From a virus, in the IMG/VR virus record IMGVR_UViG_3300025381_000007: a stretch of 64,000 nucleotides of DNA. The stretch is one strand, 5' to 3'. How positions within the stretch are numbered: position 1 is the stretch's first letter; every line of letters begins with the position of its first letter. Below, in pieces: positions 8,591 to 18,636 of this stretch. Both the position numbers and the translations under genes were made by a program. A model generated the notes under the pieces. The model did not search any database. It saw only the letters and a list, made by a program, of their open reading frames with translations, and was not told the origin of the DNA.

Positions 8591-9992
8591 TGGATTTTTT
8601 TATGATGGGCAGATAAGACGATATCTTACACAGTTCATGCGGGCATTTAGTAACTTTGCCTATCAGGACGGCACAGGTACCTTGCATCAGGTTCCCGTTA
8701 TCTATGGTGATCCTAATCGCCAAGCAGCACAGATGTTGAAGAAAAACTCCGAAAATACAATACCTTCGGCACCTTTCATTGCCTGCTATATCAAGGGTTT
8801 AGAATACGATCAAACAAGACTACAAGATCCTACATTTGTTAGCAAGTTACAAATACGAGATAGGGCGGTAGATCCTGTTACGGGCCAGCTATTAAATACA
8901 CAAGGCAGTGGATACACAGTCGAACGCATTATGCCCTGTCCCTACAAACTAACACTGGCAGCAGATATATGGGCAACAAACACCGAACAAAAACTGCAAA
9001 TCCTTGAACAGATTACTGTATTGTTTAATCCTAGTCTTGAAATACAAACCACAGATAACTATGTTGATTGGACTAGTTTAACTGTTTTACAACTACAGCA
9101 ATCAGTTTGGTCTAACAGACAAATACCTCAGGGTACAAATCAAGATATCGATATTGCCAACTTGACTTTTGTCACTCCTATATGGATCACTCCTCCTGCC
9201 AAGGTTAAAAAACTAGGTATCATTACCAAGATTATCAGTAACATATTTGCCGATGCCCCGGGCACTATTGCAGATAACTACAACAATCTAGATGCTGTAT
9301 ACCCTACACTGGGCAATCAAGTAGGCACAGTAGTTACCACACCGGGTAACTTTGAACTTTTGGTATTAGATGGCGTTGCAACATTGTTAGTTAATGAAGA
9401 ATCTATAGCAGCATCAGGTGGTAATGTGGGTCGTGGTGCTAGTTGGTATTCTTTACTCGACTTGTATCCTGGGCAGTTTACCGCTAATCTAAGTCAAATA
9501 AGACTAACAACACCTGCTGGCAATCAAATCGTGGCCTATATAAGTCTGAATCCCAACGACGATACACAAATGATACTGTCTTATGACATGGATACTAAGC
9601 CTAGCAATACCACTATTACCACCGCAGTAGATAGTAGAGGTACAATAGATGCTATCATTAATCCAGAAACTTATGTACCGACGTATCCTGCACGAGGTGT
9701 TCGTTATTTGATATTAGAAGGAATCAACGAAGTTCCTGAGTTTGGTACCATGGGCTATACAGGGCCTAAGGCTTGGAAAAATGCCGATCACAGTGATTTC
9801 CAAGCCGCTGCTAACGATATTATTCAATGGGACGGAAGCCGTTGGAATGTTATTTTCAATAGTCAAACTACCACAGCCGTTTATTATATAACTAATTCAT
9901 ATACAGGAATACAGTACATATGGGAGAACGGAGAATGGAGCAAGAGTTTCGAAGGAATTTACAGACCTCAGGACTGGAGCCTAGTGCTGTAA
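8590..9992 (+). CDS. gp15: Tail terminator/sheath stabiliser (T4 gp15-like); GTG start at 8590 needs a -1 shift at T7 (8595-8601); first in-frame ATG at 8637
   Basis: VPVIYGDP, PSAPFIACYIKGLEYDQTRLQDP, ERIMPCPYKL and QILEQITVLFNPSLEIQ are gp15-like. The upstream in-frame FFYDGQIRRYLTQFMRAFSNF matches the T4 gp15 N-terminus as I recall it (YFYNSSFRRY...FSNI). Confidence 0.8.
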
Positions 9993-10417
9993 ATCAAATC
10001 GTATGTAGTGGCGGTTTGTTTTTAGCCAAAGATACTCGACGATTTTTATTCCTACTACGCACACAAGGCAAGACTGCTGGCACTTGGGGATTAGTGGGCG
10101 GTAAGAAAGAACCCACAGATGCTACACCCTACGAAGCATTGAATAGAGAAATTCAAGAAGAAATAGGAAAGTCTCCTACAATCAAAAAGACTATTCCTTT
10201 AGAACTGTTTACCAGTAATGATCAAAACTTTCAATACAACACCTATGTGTTGATTGTAGATCGAGAGTTTATTCCTACCTTAAACGAAGAACATTCAGGA
10301 TACGCTTGGTGTAGTTTTGATAACTGGCCAAAGCCACTACACCAAGGTGTTAAAAATAGTTTCAGTAATCGAGCAGTTCGTGCCAAGTTAGAACTGCTGC
10401 TAGATTTACTGGATTAG
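9920..10417 (+). CDS. Nudix hydrolase (true start uncertain)
   Basis: Nudix box GGKKEPTDATPYEALNREIQEEIG (one-residue insertion) and C-terminal LNEEHSGYAW. Confidence 0.9.
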   Translation: MGERRMEQEFRRNLQTSGLEPSAVNQIVCSGGLFLAKDTRRFLFLLRTQGKTAGTWGLVGGKKEPTDATPYEALNREIQEEIGKSPTIKKTIPLELFTSNDQNFQYNTYVLIVDREFIPTLNEEHSGYAWCSFDNWPKPLHQGVKNSFSNRAVRAKLELLLDLLD

Positions 10418-11059
10418 TTCAGGACCAAATGCCCATGTGCCTAAGTGGCGCATTTCCATACTGAGTTGTGTATCTACTTTAACAGTATATCCTGCCTGTG
10501 CCATTTTTTGGCAAAAGATCATGTCCTCACCTAGGTGATCATTGCTTTCAGGCGTCCAACCAAACTCAAACCAAGGTTGAGCAATCTTGGAAAGAATAGC
10601 AGTTTTGACTAACATACATCCCATACCAATACCCTCGACAGACGCTAGTTCATCTTGAGGTTCAAATGGTAAGGGATTTTGCCAATCGCCGATAGTTTCA
10701 TAGGCAACACCTTTAGCGGGCAGTTGTCTACGGATATAGTTAGCGGCTACAACTGGTTCATTATGTGCCATTAATCTCAAGGCGGTGGTAGCAGGAAATA
10801 CCATGTCGCTGTCTAACCATAACATATATTCAGCGCCAACTTTTTGTGCTTCAAGTCCTAGTCGTTCACGCTGTGTTAATAGTACTGTACTGGCATCCAT
10901 GATAACATGAGTATCAATACCACTAGAAGTATTAAGTTTGACAAGCTCTGTTAAAGACTTAGCAAAGGCTGCATGAAGCATGTCACGGCATGGAACCAAT
11001 ACAGCCAACTTGCCTTTCTTCAGGCTCCATTTGCTAGATTCGAAAATGCTTTTTTTCAT
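10406..11059 (-). CDS. GT-A fold (GT2-like) glycosyltransferase
   Basis: N-terminal LAVLVPCRD, DXD motif in LWLDSDMVFP, IGMGCMLVKT, GEDMIFC and C-terminal HLG follow the GT-A pattern. Confidence 0.8.
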   Translation of the reverse strand: MKKSIFESSKWSLKKGKLAVLVPCRDMLHAAFAKSLTELVKLNTSSGIDTHVIMDASTVLLTQRERLGLEAQKVGAEYMLWLDSDMVFPATTALRLMAHNEPVVAANYIRRQLPAKGVAYETIGDWQNPLPFEPQDELASVEGIGMGCMLVKTAILSKIAQPWFEFGWTPESNDHLGEDMIFCQKMAQAGYTVKVDTQLSMEMRHLGTWAFGPELIQ

Positions 11060-11520
11060 GCGCCTGCAACATCATTACTCAATGTTTCGCCTTGGATTAC
11101 CAACTCGTGAATACTGTTGATAATGTCCTGGGTTCGTTTAGATGCTAGAATGAAGTCGCTGGGACTTAACTTGCACATGATGTTCATGGTTTCAAATGAA
11201 ACTCGATCCTTGGTAAGAACTTCTAAAGCACTTTGACGGGCAATATTTTCAATGAACATTTGTTGAGCCATGTCATCGCTGTTACTCAACAGTTCTTCAC
11301 ACTCTTTTTGATCCAAATCATTGGCCAAATCTTCTAGGATTTTTAACTCCGCAGAGTCCGCATCGCTGATGCGTAGCAGTTGAATGCGTGATAAGAATGC
11401 CTTTAGCGTTTCTGGGTTTGATGTTCTATCACTGTATGTGATATTATCCAACTCCCATCGACTAGGACCTGTGGCTAAATCTAATAGTTTAGCAATGTTT
11501 AGTTTTGTTTTCTTTGTCAT
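11056..11520 (-). CDS. Hypothetical helical protein (154 aa from ATG 11520)
   Basis: ATGA-coupled to the glycosyltransferase. The ORF-track GTG at 11541 lies at or upstream of the predicted transcription start, so ATG 11520 is preferred. Confidence 0.7.
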   Translation of the reverse strand: MTKKTKLNIAKLLDLATGPSRWELDNITYSDRTSNPETLKAFLSRIQLLRISDADSAELKILEDLANDLDQKECEELLSNSDDMAQQMFIENIARQSALEVLTKDRVSFETMNIMCKLSPSDFILASKRTQDIINSIHELVIQGETLSNDVAGA

Positions 11521-11544
11521 AGTGAACCTGCCTTTATACACTAT

Positions 11545-11573
11545 ATGCTAACATAGTGTTAAGATCGTGTCAA
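11545..11573 (-). promoter_or_regulatory. Sigma70-type promoter for the hypothetical + glycosyltransferase operon
   Basis: TTGACA-N17-TAGCAT with an extended TG on the minus strand. Confidence 0.7.
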
Positions 11574-11580
11574 CACTTTT

Positions 11581-11796
11581 TTAGATATTTCCGTAATATG
11601 TATACGGAGTAGTTTTACCACCAAAGGTAGCAGAGAATGAAATTTGAGTACCAGTTGCTTTGCCGCCGTAGCTATTACCTAATGTACCACTAAGTTTGAT
11701 ATTATCGCCGGCCAAGGTAGATGTAGTAGCATTTGAATACGCTACATATACACCTCCCATTGTTATCGCTGATCCGGTTGCTGGTAAAATTGACAC
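11581..11796 (-). CDS. Small fibre-associated protein (71 aa)
   Basis: GTG start; LPATGSAITMG...ISFSATFGGKT resembles the small proteins commonly encoded after S74-chaperone tail fibres; a TAAATA motif lies at 11812-11817. Confidence 0.6.
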   Translation of the reverse strand: MSILPATGSAITMGGVYVAYSNATTSTLAGDNIKLSGTLGNSYGGKATGTQISFSATFGGKTTPYTYYGNI

Positions 11797-11810
11797 AGTC
11801 TACTCCCGGT

Positions 11811-14800
11811 TTATTTATTAACCAAAGAGTTCACCAACGCCTTAAGTTGAGCGATTTGTTCTTGTTGTTCTTTAATGGCTTCTACTAGCAATGGTACGAC
11901 CTTTTCATATTGGACTGTTTTATAATTTTCTCCGGATTTGCTCAAACCATTCTCATCTGTATCAAATGGGGCAAGTTTAACCGCTTCTGGCAATACCGCT
12001 TCAACTTCGTCGGCAAATAATCCAACTATGTTTGAGTTTTTATCTTGTCCAAAAGTTACTGCTAAATCGTTTGGATTATAAAGTATACCATTTAACTTTA
12101 ACACCTTACCTAATGCATTGTCAATAATTTTGATATTTTCCTTTAATCTACGATCTGAGAAAAATGCTGTAACTTCGCCTGTTACATTTAATGCACTAGC
12201 ACTGGTCAAACTCATTCCTGTAGTCATAGTTACAGCACTACCGACTGCTACAGTTTGACTTGCACCTACATACCAGTTGTGTGTATTACCGGAAATAGTA
12301 TAAGCGCCGCGGCTATTTGCCGCACTTGCAGCACTAAAGAAAGCACCTGCTGCTGCTGTACTTGGATAAACAGCATAACCCATTACAGGCCCACCACTGC
12401 TATATTCAGTTCCCCAGTTAGATATAGAACCACCACTTCCGTAATAGCCTTGTAAAATAATGCTTCCGTTGGTACTACTTCCAGATCCTGCTACAATACT
12501 ACCGTTAACATTTAATCTGTTGGTAAAGCCAGTGTTCAACTGTGCTGATATGTTGTTTACATACAATGTACCACTAGCATCTACTAATAATCTTAAAGTA
12601 CCACCACTGTAAAAACCGTGTTCTCCCGCCGCAGTTTGACCTGCATTGTGCTTGAACATACTGTCGCCGCCGGCTACAGCAGCTTGTTTTTCAATGGTAT
12701 AGTAGTTTGCTGCGTTGGCATTTAACTGTATCTTTAAACCTGTAGTATCTGTAAACGATAGTGGAGCACCTGGTGTACCAGTTCCAATCATTACATTACC
12801 GCTGGCAACATGTAATGTTGAGTTAGGAGTTGTTGTTCCAATACCCACTGAACCGCTAATAGGATTCAATAAAATGTTATTACCTTGGTTGTTTATTTGT
12901 AAAGGTTTACTATTCCAAGTTTGAACGTATGTATAACTAGAATCGCTACCTACAGTAAAATCACTAGCATTTGCATTACCTATGCTGAATACGTAAGTGG
13001 CATTATTAGATACTGTGGCATTTGTACCACCAAGCACAGCTAATCTTGTAGCATAACTTGATGCATTTGTTAAACCAATGCCTACAACACCATTTTGATC
13101 AATACGAACTTTTTCTGTTGCAGCAGCATCTTGACTTGAAGTATAAAGCACCAAACCCATTTGTCTACCATAGACAGACGGACTAGCATCAAGATCGATA
13201 CCGTAAATACCAGCTGTACTTATACCACCAGATGACGAATAATCGACTGTGCGATTATTAAATGTAATACCTGTTCGAGCACCAGTTGCAACGTTAGCAC
13301 CATTCGACAATGCCTGCAATAAAATATGATTAAGTTGAGTACTGGTTGTTAATGTAGGGAAACGAATATCAAGTTGTGCATTTGAAGCTGTTGTTACACC
13401 AATACCGACAAAACCAGTACTGGCATTGAAGGTAAACGGTACACTAGTTGCTACTGTAGGAGTTTGATTAGATCCAGCAGCAGCAACACCTACTATATAT
13501 TCAATTGCATTAGTGTTAGCAGTAGCATTGATCAATGTGCTTGGACCAGTAGTTCCTTGTGCGCCAGTTGATCCAGTAGTACCTTGAGCACCTGTAGTTC
13601 CCTGTGTTCCTGTGGTACCTTGTGATCCAGTAGTACCTGTAGTACCTTGTGATCCAGTAGTACCTGTAGTACCCTGTGTTCCTGTAGTTCCCTGTGTTCC
13701 TGTAGTTCCCTGTGAGCCTGTAGTACCTTGCGACCCTGTTGGTCCAGTAGTTGGCGGTTGGAACTGCAATGTGTTGGAAGTACCACTCATTGCCAGTGTC
13801 CAAGTTGCTGTTGTAGCATTGACGCTTGGGAATGTTAACGATACTGGATGGTTTAGAGTTATACCGCTTGCTAATGTTAATGTTGCTTGACTTGCAGGTT
13901 GGGTGATTGCTACATTATTAAAACTTGTTGCCGTGGTAATACCATTAATGTACGCACCACCGTTGACACTGAATTTTTCACCCACTTGTCCGGATGTATA
14001 ACCAACTCCAACAAATGCGTTGGTGGTATCAGCATAGAAAGTACTGGTTGACCCTCTGCTCAACTGTATGCTAGAGTGAAAACCGGTTTGATTGACAACT
14101 CTAAATCTTGCCCAGCCAGATGCTAGTGTATTAGCGCGACCTACATCAAGTAATATTTGACTGTCGCCGTTTGACACGCTGGCCAACAAGCCTGCTTCTG
14201 CATAACTGTAACCAGTACTGTTGTTTGGACCAACAACTACCTGTGTTCCAAAGAATTGTAATGTGCCGCCGTCGCTGTTTGTGGTCTGACGAATCTGTGC
14301 GTTTGGTGCTAGACCAATACTGCCGTTAACCTGTAACAGTCCGTTTGCTTGTGCTGTGGACAGTCCAACTAAGATGTTACCACTGGCGTCAATACGCAGT
14401 TTTTCAGGGCCGCCGGCGCCTTGGTTGAATGTAAAAGCAGCACCTGAACTCCAAGCAATAGATGCTGTTGTGGTACTGCGAAGATACATTCCTGTAGCAC
14501 TAGATGGAGTATTAGTATCGCCGACAACTAACGCTGTGGCACTCGCACCAGTGTGACTGACAACAAGTGTACCAAAAGTACCAGGTGAAGCTGTGTTAAT
14601 ACCAACACTACTGCCAGTATAAACAAATGTGCTTGTGCCGCTGAGTAAACCGCCAGTGCCAGCGTAAACAATTTGGTTAGCAGATAAATTTGTAGCATAG
14701 TGATTAGCAGCCTTAATACCAGATCCAGCGCTTCCGCCTACTACCCAGTTAGCAATACCATCATACGACAAACTAATGTAAGCAGTACTTGATGTAGCAC

Positions 14801-15365
14801 CAATATAAAGTCCACTGTTTGTGGCCAATACAGCAGTAGTAGACCCTGTGCTCAATACCAATGCGTTATCGCCGCTACTGATAACATTCTTATTAACAAT
14901 GAACTGCGTGCCGTCAACATACAAATCGCCAGCGATGTAAGTAGTACCACCAATATTCAACTGACCAGTTGCTGGATTTACATAAAAACTACTAGTGGTA
15001 TATTCTGTTTGAGCGCCGACGGCATTACTAGATGCTAGTACTGGATAGTAACTGGCGTTGGCTGTGGCTTGACTTAGACTTACTTGAGCACTAGAGCCAC
15101 TGATACTGCCGGCAGTTAAAGTACCACTAACAACCAAGTTGGTAGCAGTTAGTGTACCATTAACATAAGCCCCGCCGTTAACACTGAATTTAGAACCACT
15201 GTAAGCACTGGTAACATTAACGTCTAACGCACCGGTGCTGTCTAATCTAAAATATTCTGTACCGTTAGCACTGAAAGTTATTGGCAGTGCGATAACGTTA
15301 AACGTACCGGTTGTTATGGCTCCTGCGGAGTTTTCTATAAACGTTAAATTACTAGCAATAGACAT
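11811..15365 (-). CDS. Tail fibre with collagen-like segment and C-terminal intramolecular chaperone (peptidase S74) domain
   Basis: [10 protein letters not shown]...[15 protein letters not shown]...[25 protein letters not shown] is an S74 signature; Gly-X-Y repeat; VGIGT-type fibre repeats. Confidence 0.88.
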   Translation of the reverse strand: MSIASNLTFIENSAGAITTGTFNVIALPITFSANGTEYFRLDSTGALDVNVTSAYSGSKFSVNGGAYVNGTLTATNLVVSGTLTAGSISGSSAQVSLSQATANASYYPVLASSNAVGAQTEYTTSSFYVNPATGQLNIGGTTYIAGDLYVDGTQFIVNKNVISSGDNALVLSTGSTTAVLATNSGLYIGATSSTAYISLSYDGIANWVVGGSAGSGIKAANHYATNLSANQIVYAGTGGLLSGTSTFVYTGSSVGINTASPGTFGTLVVSHTGASATALVVGDTNTPSSATGMYLRSTTTASIAWSSGAAFTFNQGAGGPEKLRIDASGNILVGLSTAQANGLLQVNGSIGLAPNAQIRQTTNSDGGTLQFFGTQVVVGPNNSTGYSYAEAGLLASVSNGDSQILLDVGRANTLASGWARFRVVNQTGFHSSIQLSRGSTSTFYADTTNAFVGVGYTSGQVGEKFSVNGGAYINGITTATSFNNVAITQPASQATLTLASGITLNHPVSLTFPSVNATTATWTLAMSGTSNTLQFQPPTTGPTGSQGTTGSQGTTGTQGTTGTQGTTGTTGSQGTTGTTGSQGTTGTQGTTGAQGTTGSTGAQGTTGPSTLINATANTNAIEYIVGVAAAGSNQTPTVATSVPFTFNASTGFVGIGVTTASNAQLDIRFPTLTTSTQLNHILLQALSNGANVATGARTGITFNNRTVDYSSSGGISTAGIYGIDLDASPSVYGRQMGLVLYTSSQDAAATEKVRIDQNGVVGIGLTNASSYATRLAVLGGTNATVSNNATYVFSIGNANASDFTVGSDSSYTYVQTWNSKPLQINNQGNNILLNPISGSVGIGTTTPNSTLHVASGNVMIGTGTPGAPLSFTDTTGLKIQLNANAANYYTIEKQAAVAGGDSMFKHNAGQTAAGEHGFYSGGTLRLLVDASGTLYVNNISAQLNTGFTNRLNVNGSIVAGSGSSTNGSIILQGYYGSGGSISNWGTEYSSGGPVMGYAVYPSTAAAGAFFSAASAANSRGAYTISGNTHNWYVGASQTVAVGSAVTMTTGMSLTSASALNVTGEVTAFFSDRRLKENIKIIDNALGKVLKLNGILYNPNDLAVTFGQDKNSNIVGLFADEVEAVLPEAVKLAPFDTDENGLSKSGENYKTVQYEKVVPLLVEAIKEQQEQIAQLKALVNSLVNK
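13539..13745 (-). repeat. Collagen-like repeat of 23 Gly-X-Y triplets ([12 protein letters not shown])
   Basis: Direct translation: [69 protein letters not shown]. Confidence 0.95.
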
Positions 15366-15387
15366 CAGTGAATCCTAAATAGTAGTG

Positions 15388-15393
15388 TATTTA
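15388..15393 (-). promoter_or_regulatory. Putative late promoter core TAAATA
   Basis: TAATAAATAC 22 nt upstream of the S74 fibre gene. Confidence 0.55.
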
Positions 15394-15402
15394 TTAGAAT
15401 AC

Positions 15403-18400
15403 TTAGGCTTGCGGCTCACCCCAACGTAGCGTTAAGTTGGCATAAATTGGATTACCAGAAGTCAAATATACGTTAATGAACAAGCAATCTGGTCCGTTTG
15501 GATAACAATTTCTTGCACCGATAGGTGTATTAGTTAACTCTTTCAACAAACTCAGATCAAGTACGTCTCGCTCCTGTGGGCTACTAACGAATGAGAAAAT
15601 AGTTTCTCCAGGTTGTGCAAACCCATTACGAGTAAATGCAATATTAGTACTACTAGCGATACTTTGTAGTGTATAGTTACTGATTGTAACTTGATTAGTT
15701 TGTGGATTAATATATGTAACCACAGTGCCGCCAGTGATAGTAGCACCGTTATCTGTATTTTTACCACCAGCACTACTCAAATATACAGCATCACCCGGAT
15801 TGATACCCACTGTGCTATTCAATGTTATAATGTTGCTGTTAACAGGAGTAGTTCCGCTAGTTTGAAACACATTGGTTGCGGTATTATCGAATACAATACT
15901 TTGTCCTTGTGCCACTTGTGAAAAACTTGGTTGACCAGTTTGAAGGCCAGTGTTACCTAAACTTTGCCAGTTAATATTAGCAAAGTTGCTAGGGTAATTC
16001 TGCGGATTTAAAATACCAGCAACGACCATGGCACAGTTAGTATTTGTAGAGCCGCCCGCTGTCACTTCCAACGCTTGCAATCTCATCTGCGCACGATTAA
16101 TAAGATCTCGCACCCCTAAGTCGCCTGGAATAGCGTTACTGACACTGGGCGCTAGTCTAATGGCAAATGTAGTAACTGGCACAGTACTAACTTGGATGTT
16201 TGGAATAACATAGTTAAAAATATAGCCGCGGTCATCGTCAAATCCGCCGTCAGCTAGATATGCTGAACCCCAATGACTTAACTGCGGACTTGCAGTTTGA
16301 CCAACTAAAATAACACCATTACCTGCACTGTGAACGGTAGCAGTACTACCAGTAAACTGGCGATTCTGACCAGCGGTAAACTGATTTAGTGTGTATGCAC
16401 GAGTCAACCCGTTTAATGTATTGGTTGCTGTGGTTATACTGGTATAGTTAATGATTTCTTGGTCAACCATAACATTACCTGCGTTAGGGAAAAAGGTAGT
16501 ATCGCCGATAACCATACTAGTATCACTGGCTAACATAGCATTAGTTAATGTACTGTGGGCACCTTCGTTTAATACTTGATAACGCACAGGCATATTACCA
16601 GTACGTTGATAAGCTTCTGTATTAACGTTACTGTTTTTCATACGATGTACAATAATATAGTTGCCATCTGGACCACGAAGCATCCAATCAATAAAACCAG
16701 CACCATACCATGTCCATTGCAGGCCAATCATCTGCATCTTATTCACTTGCAAATTATATCCGCTGGGATTATAGATACCATTACTACCATCGCAACGATC
16801 CATATTCCATTGATTTTGTGGTATTATTTTATCTAATATTTTAACAATCTTGGCACCACTGGTACTTGTGGATCCACGGAATGGCGGATTAACAATAATT
16901 TGTGTATCACTTTGTACACCTGTAACTACGTGTGTCATACCTTTAAGTACAATACGATCACCTGCTAAAAGCTGTTGAGTATAACGACTATTACCGCCTG
17001 TAATCACGTGACTACCTACTGTGGCAGTTACTAATCCGATCAAATTAGCAGTACTAGTTCTCTGACCAATAGCCATTTGAATACCATCATATTGCCAAAA
17101 TACACCGTTTTGATCGTCAAATGTACCAGCGCGAACTGTGGCTCCATACCAGTTTTGAATACTTAAAGTACCTGGCGCACCAATACTTGGATTGGTACTA
17201 CCTAGTGTATTTGTTGCCAAAAACGACAATGAACGTTCGTCTACGATTGCAGTAACAGTATAAGTTCCGTTATATCCAGATGTAAGAATATTACTTAATA
17301 CAACAACTGCACCTATTTGAGCACCGTGGTCATTATCATCTAATACCACAGTAACAGTACTTCCTGGTGCAGTACCTGTAGCACTAATACTTCTAACATT
17401 ATAGTTAGGAGCAAACAAGGCGCCTGTGTTATAGTTAATGGCTTTACCAGATTGGTAACGTAGATATTTCTTACTTTGACGAATAGCATCCATTCCTGGT
17501 GCAGGACCGCCTGTACCTAACTGAACACCGCCGTCAAATGGTCTATGATAATAATAACTATCAGTTCTTGGATAAATGTAACCAGTAATGGTACCAGTGA
17601 TATTACCTACGTTACGAGCAGGATAGGTAAATGTGGTTGCACTGGGAACACTACTGATGTAAAATGGTCCTTGAGCAAGTTTGTTTAAGTTAGTTCCGTT
17701 ATCACTAGTGACTAGAGTAATAATAGGATCTCCTGGCATAAAACCGTGAGGATCGGTAGAAGTAACTGTGATTGTGGCAGTAGTGGATGCGCCGCCGCCT
17801 GCAAACGAAAATGTCACATTGGTTAAACTTGATCCAGTATAGAAACCACCTTTACGTATAACTGTGGATTGTTGACTAATCACTGTACCACTACTTGCAC
17901 CAACTTGACCTTTGGCATAATAACTAAATTGAGTCGAACTTGTTACACTATCAACAATAAATGAACCACCTGCACGATCATAACTAGCCACTGTTTGCAA
18001 CAATGCATTAACTGTGATAGCGCTACCTGTAGTTAATCCATGAGGATAGTTTGTGTTAACTGTGATATAACTTTGAACACCTGCTTGTCCACCGCTGGCA
18101 TAACTAGCATCTGATGTGACACTGGCAATACTTAAATCAGTACCTGGTACTTCATAGATACCGGGATATCCGCGTAGTTGACTCAATGACTGCCATTTAG
18201 TAGGTTGTTGTCCGTATTCAAAGTCAGCATCGATCATACTTTGTGGTTGACTTACACGAGTACGTTCCCAACCATCAGTACCCATAGCCCACGGACGGGT
18301 AATAATTGCACCTTGTTGATTTTCTGTATAAATCTGCAATACATCACTACTACTCATACCAGTAGTGCTATAGGCTAATGTAATAGTTGTTACACCATCA

Positions 18401-18621
18401 CTACGCATTGCTTCTGTAGGAAATGCTGTAGTATTACCTCGGCTAAAACTAGTGGTTGTACCAGTATATCCGTTAGAGGCAAAATTATAAATTACGGTAT
18501 TGCGAGTAACATTTGTAATAACCAGTAACTGATCTAATCTTACATTACCGGGAATTTGAATAGTGCCTGCCCCAGCTCCGCCTGGTGTAAAAATATATTG
18601 TCTTACTAGCTGTTTTGCCAT
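15403..18621 (-). CDS. Large virion structural protein (1072 aa), beta-rich multi-domain
   Basis: Repeated TVxT.xPHG.xxG domains and a beta-sandwich-like core; lies within the fibre cluster. Precise function not identifiable. Confidence 0.7.
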   Translation of the reverse strand: MAKQLVRQYIFTPGGAGAGTIQIPGNVRLDQLLVITNVTRNTVIYNFASNGYTGTTTSFSRGNTTAFPTEAMRSDGVTTITLAYSTTGMSSSDVLQIYTENQQGAIITRPWAMGTDGWERTRVSQPQSMIDADFEYGQQPTKWQSLSQLRGYPGIYEVPGTDLSIASVTSDASYASGGQAGVQSYITVNTNYPHGLTTGSAITVNALLQTVASYDRAGGSFIVDSVTSSTQFSYYAKGQVGASSGTVISQQSTVIRKGGFYTGSSLTNVTFSFAGGGASTTATITVTSTDPHGFMPGDPIITLVTSDNGTNLNKLAQGPFYISSVPSATTFTYPARNVGNITGTITGYIYPRTDSYYYHRPFDGGVQLGTGGPAPGMDAIRQSKKYLRYQSGKAINYNTGALFAPNYNVRSISATGTAPGSTVTVVLDDNDHGAQIGAVVVLSNILTSGYNGTYTVTAIVDERSLSFLATNTLGSTNPSIGAPGTLSIQNWYGATVRAGTFDDQNGVFWQYDGIQMAIGQRTSTANLIGLVTATVGSHVITGGNSRYTQQLLAGDRIVLKGMTHVVTGVQSDTQIIVNPPFRGSTSTSGAKIVKILDKIIPQNQWNMDRCDGSNGIYNPSGYNLQVNKMQMIGLQWTWYGAGFIDWMLRGPDGNYIIVHRMKNSNVNTEAYQRTGNMPVRYQVLNEGAHSTLTNAMLASDTSMVIGDTTFFPNAGNVMVDQEIINYTSITTATNTLNGLTRAYTLNQFTAGQNRQFTGSTATVHSAGNGVILVGQTASPQLSHWGSAYLADGGFDDDRGYIFNYVIPNIQVSTVPVTTFAIRLAPSVSNAIPGDLGVRDLINRAQMRLQALEVTAGGSTNTNCAMVVAGILNPQNYPSNFANINWQSLGNTGLQTGQPSFSQVAQGQSIVFDNTATNVFQTSGTTPVNSNIITLNSTVGINPGDAVYLSSAGGKNTDNGATITGGTVVTYINPQTNQVTISNYTLQSIASSTNIAFTRNGFAQPGETIFSFVSSPQERDVLDLSLLKELTNTPIGARNCYPNGPDCLFINVYLTSGNPIYANLTLRWGEPQA

Positions 18622-18636
18622 TTTTATTTTTTCCTT

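Noticed and set aside
13516-13890. ORFs with VVPC/TGNYR/HRELQ repeats, and a CRISPR-like look of the repeated DNA
   Set aside because: These are alternative-frame and antisense shadows of the collagen Gly-X-Y repeat; there are no spacers and no cas genes.
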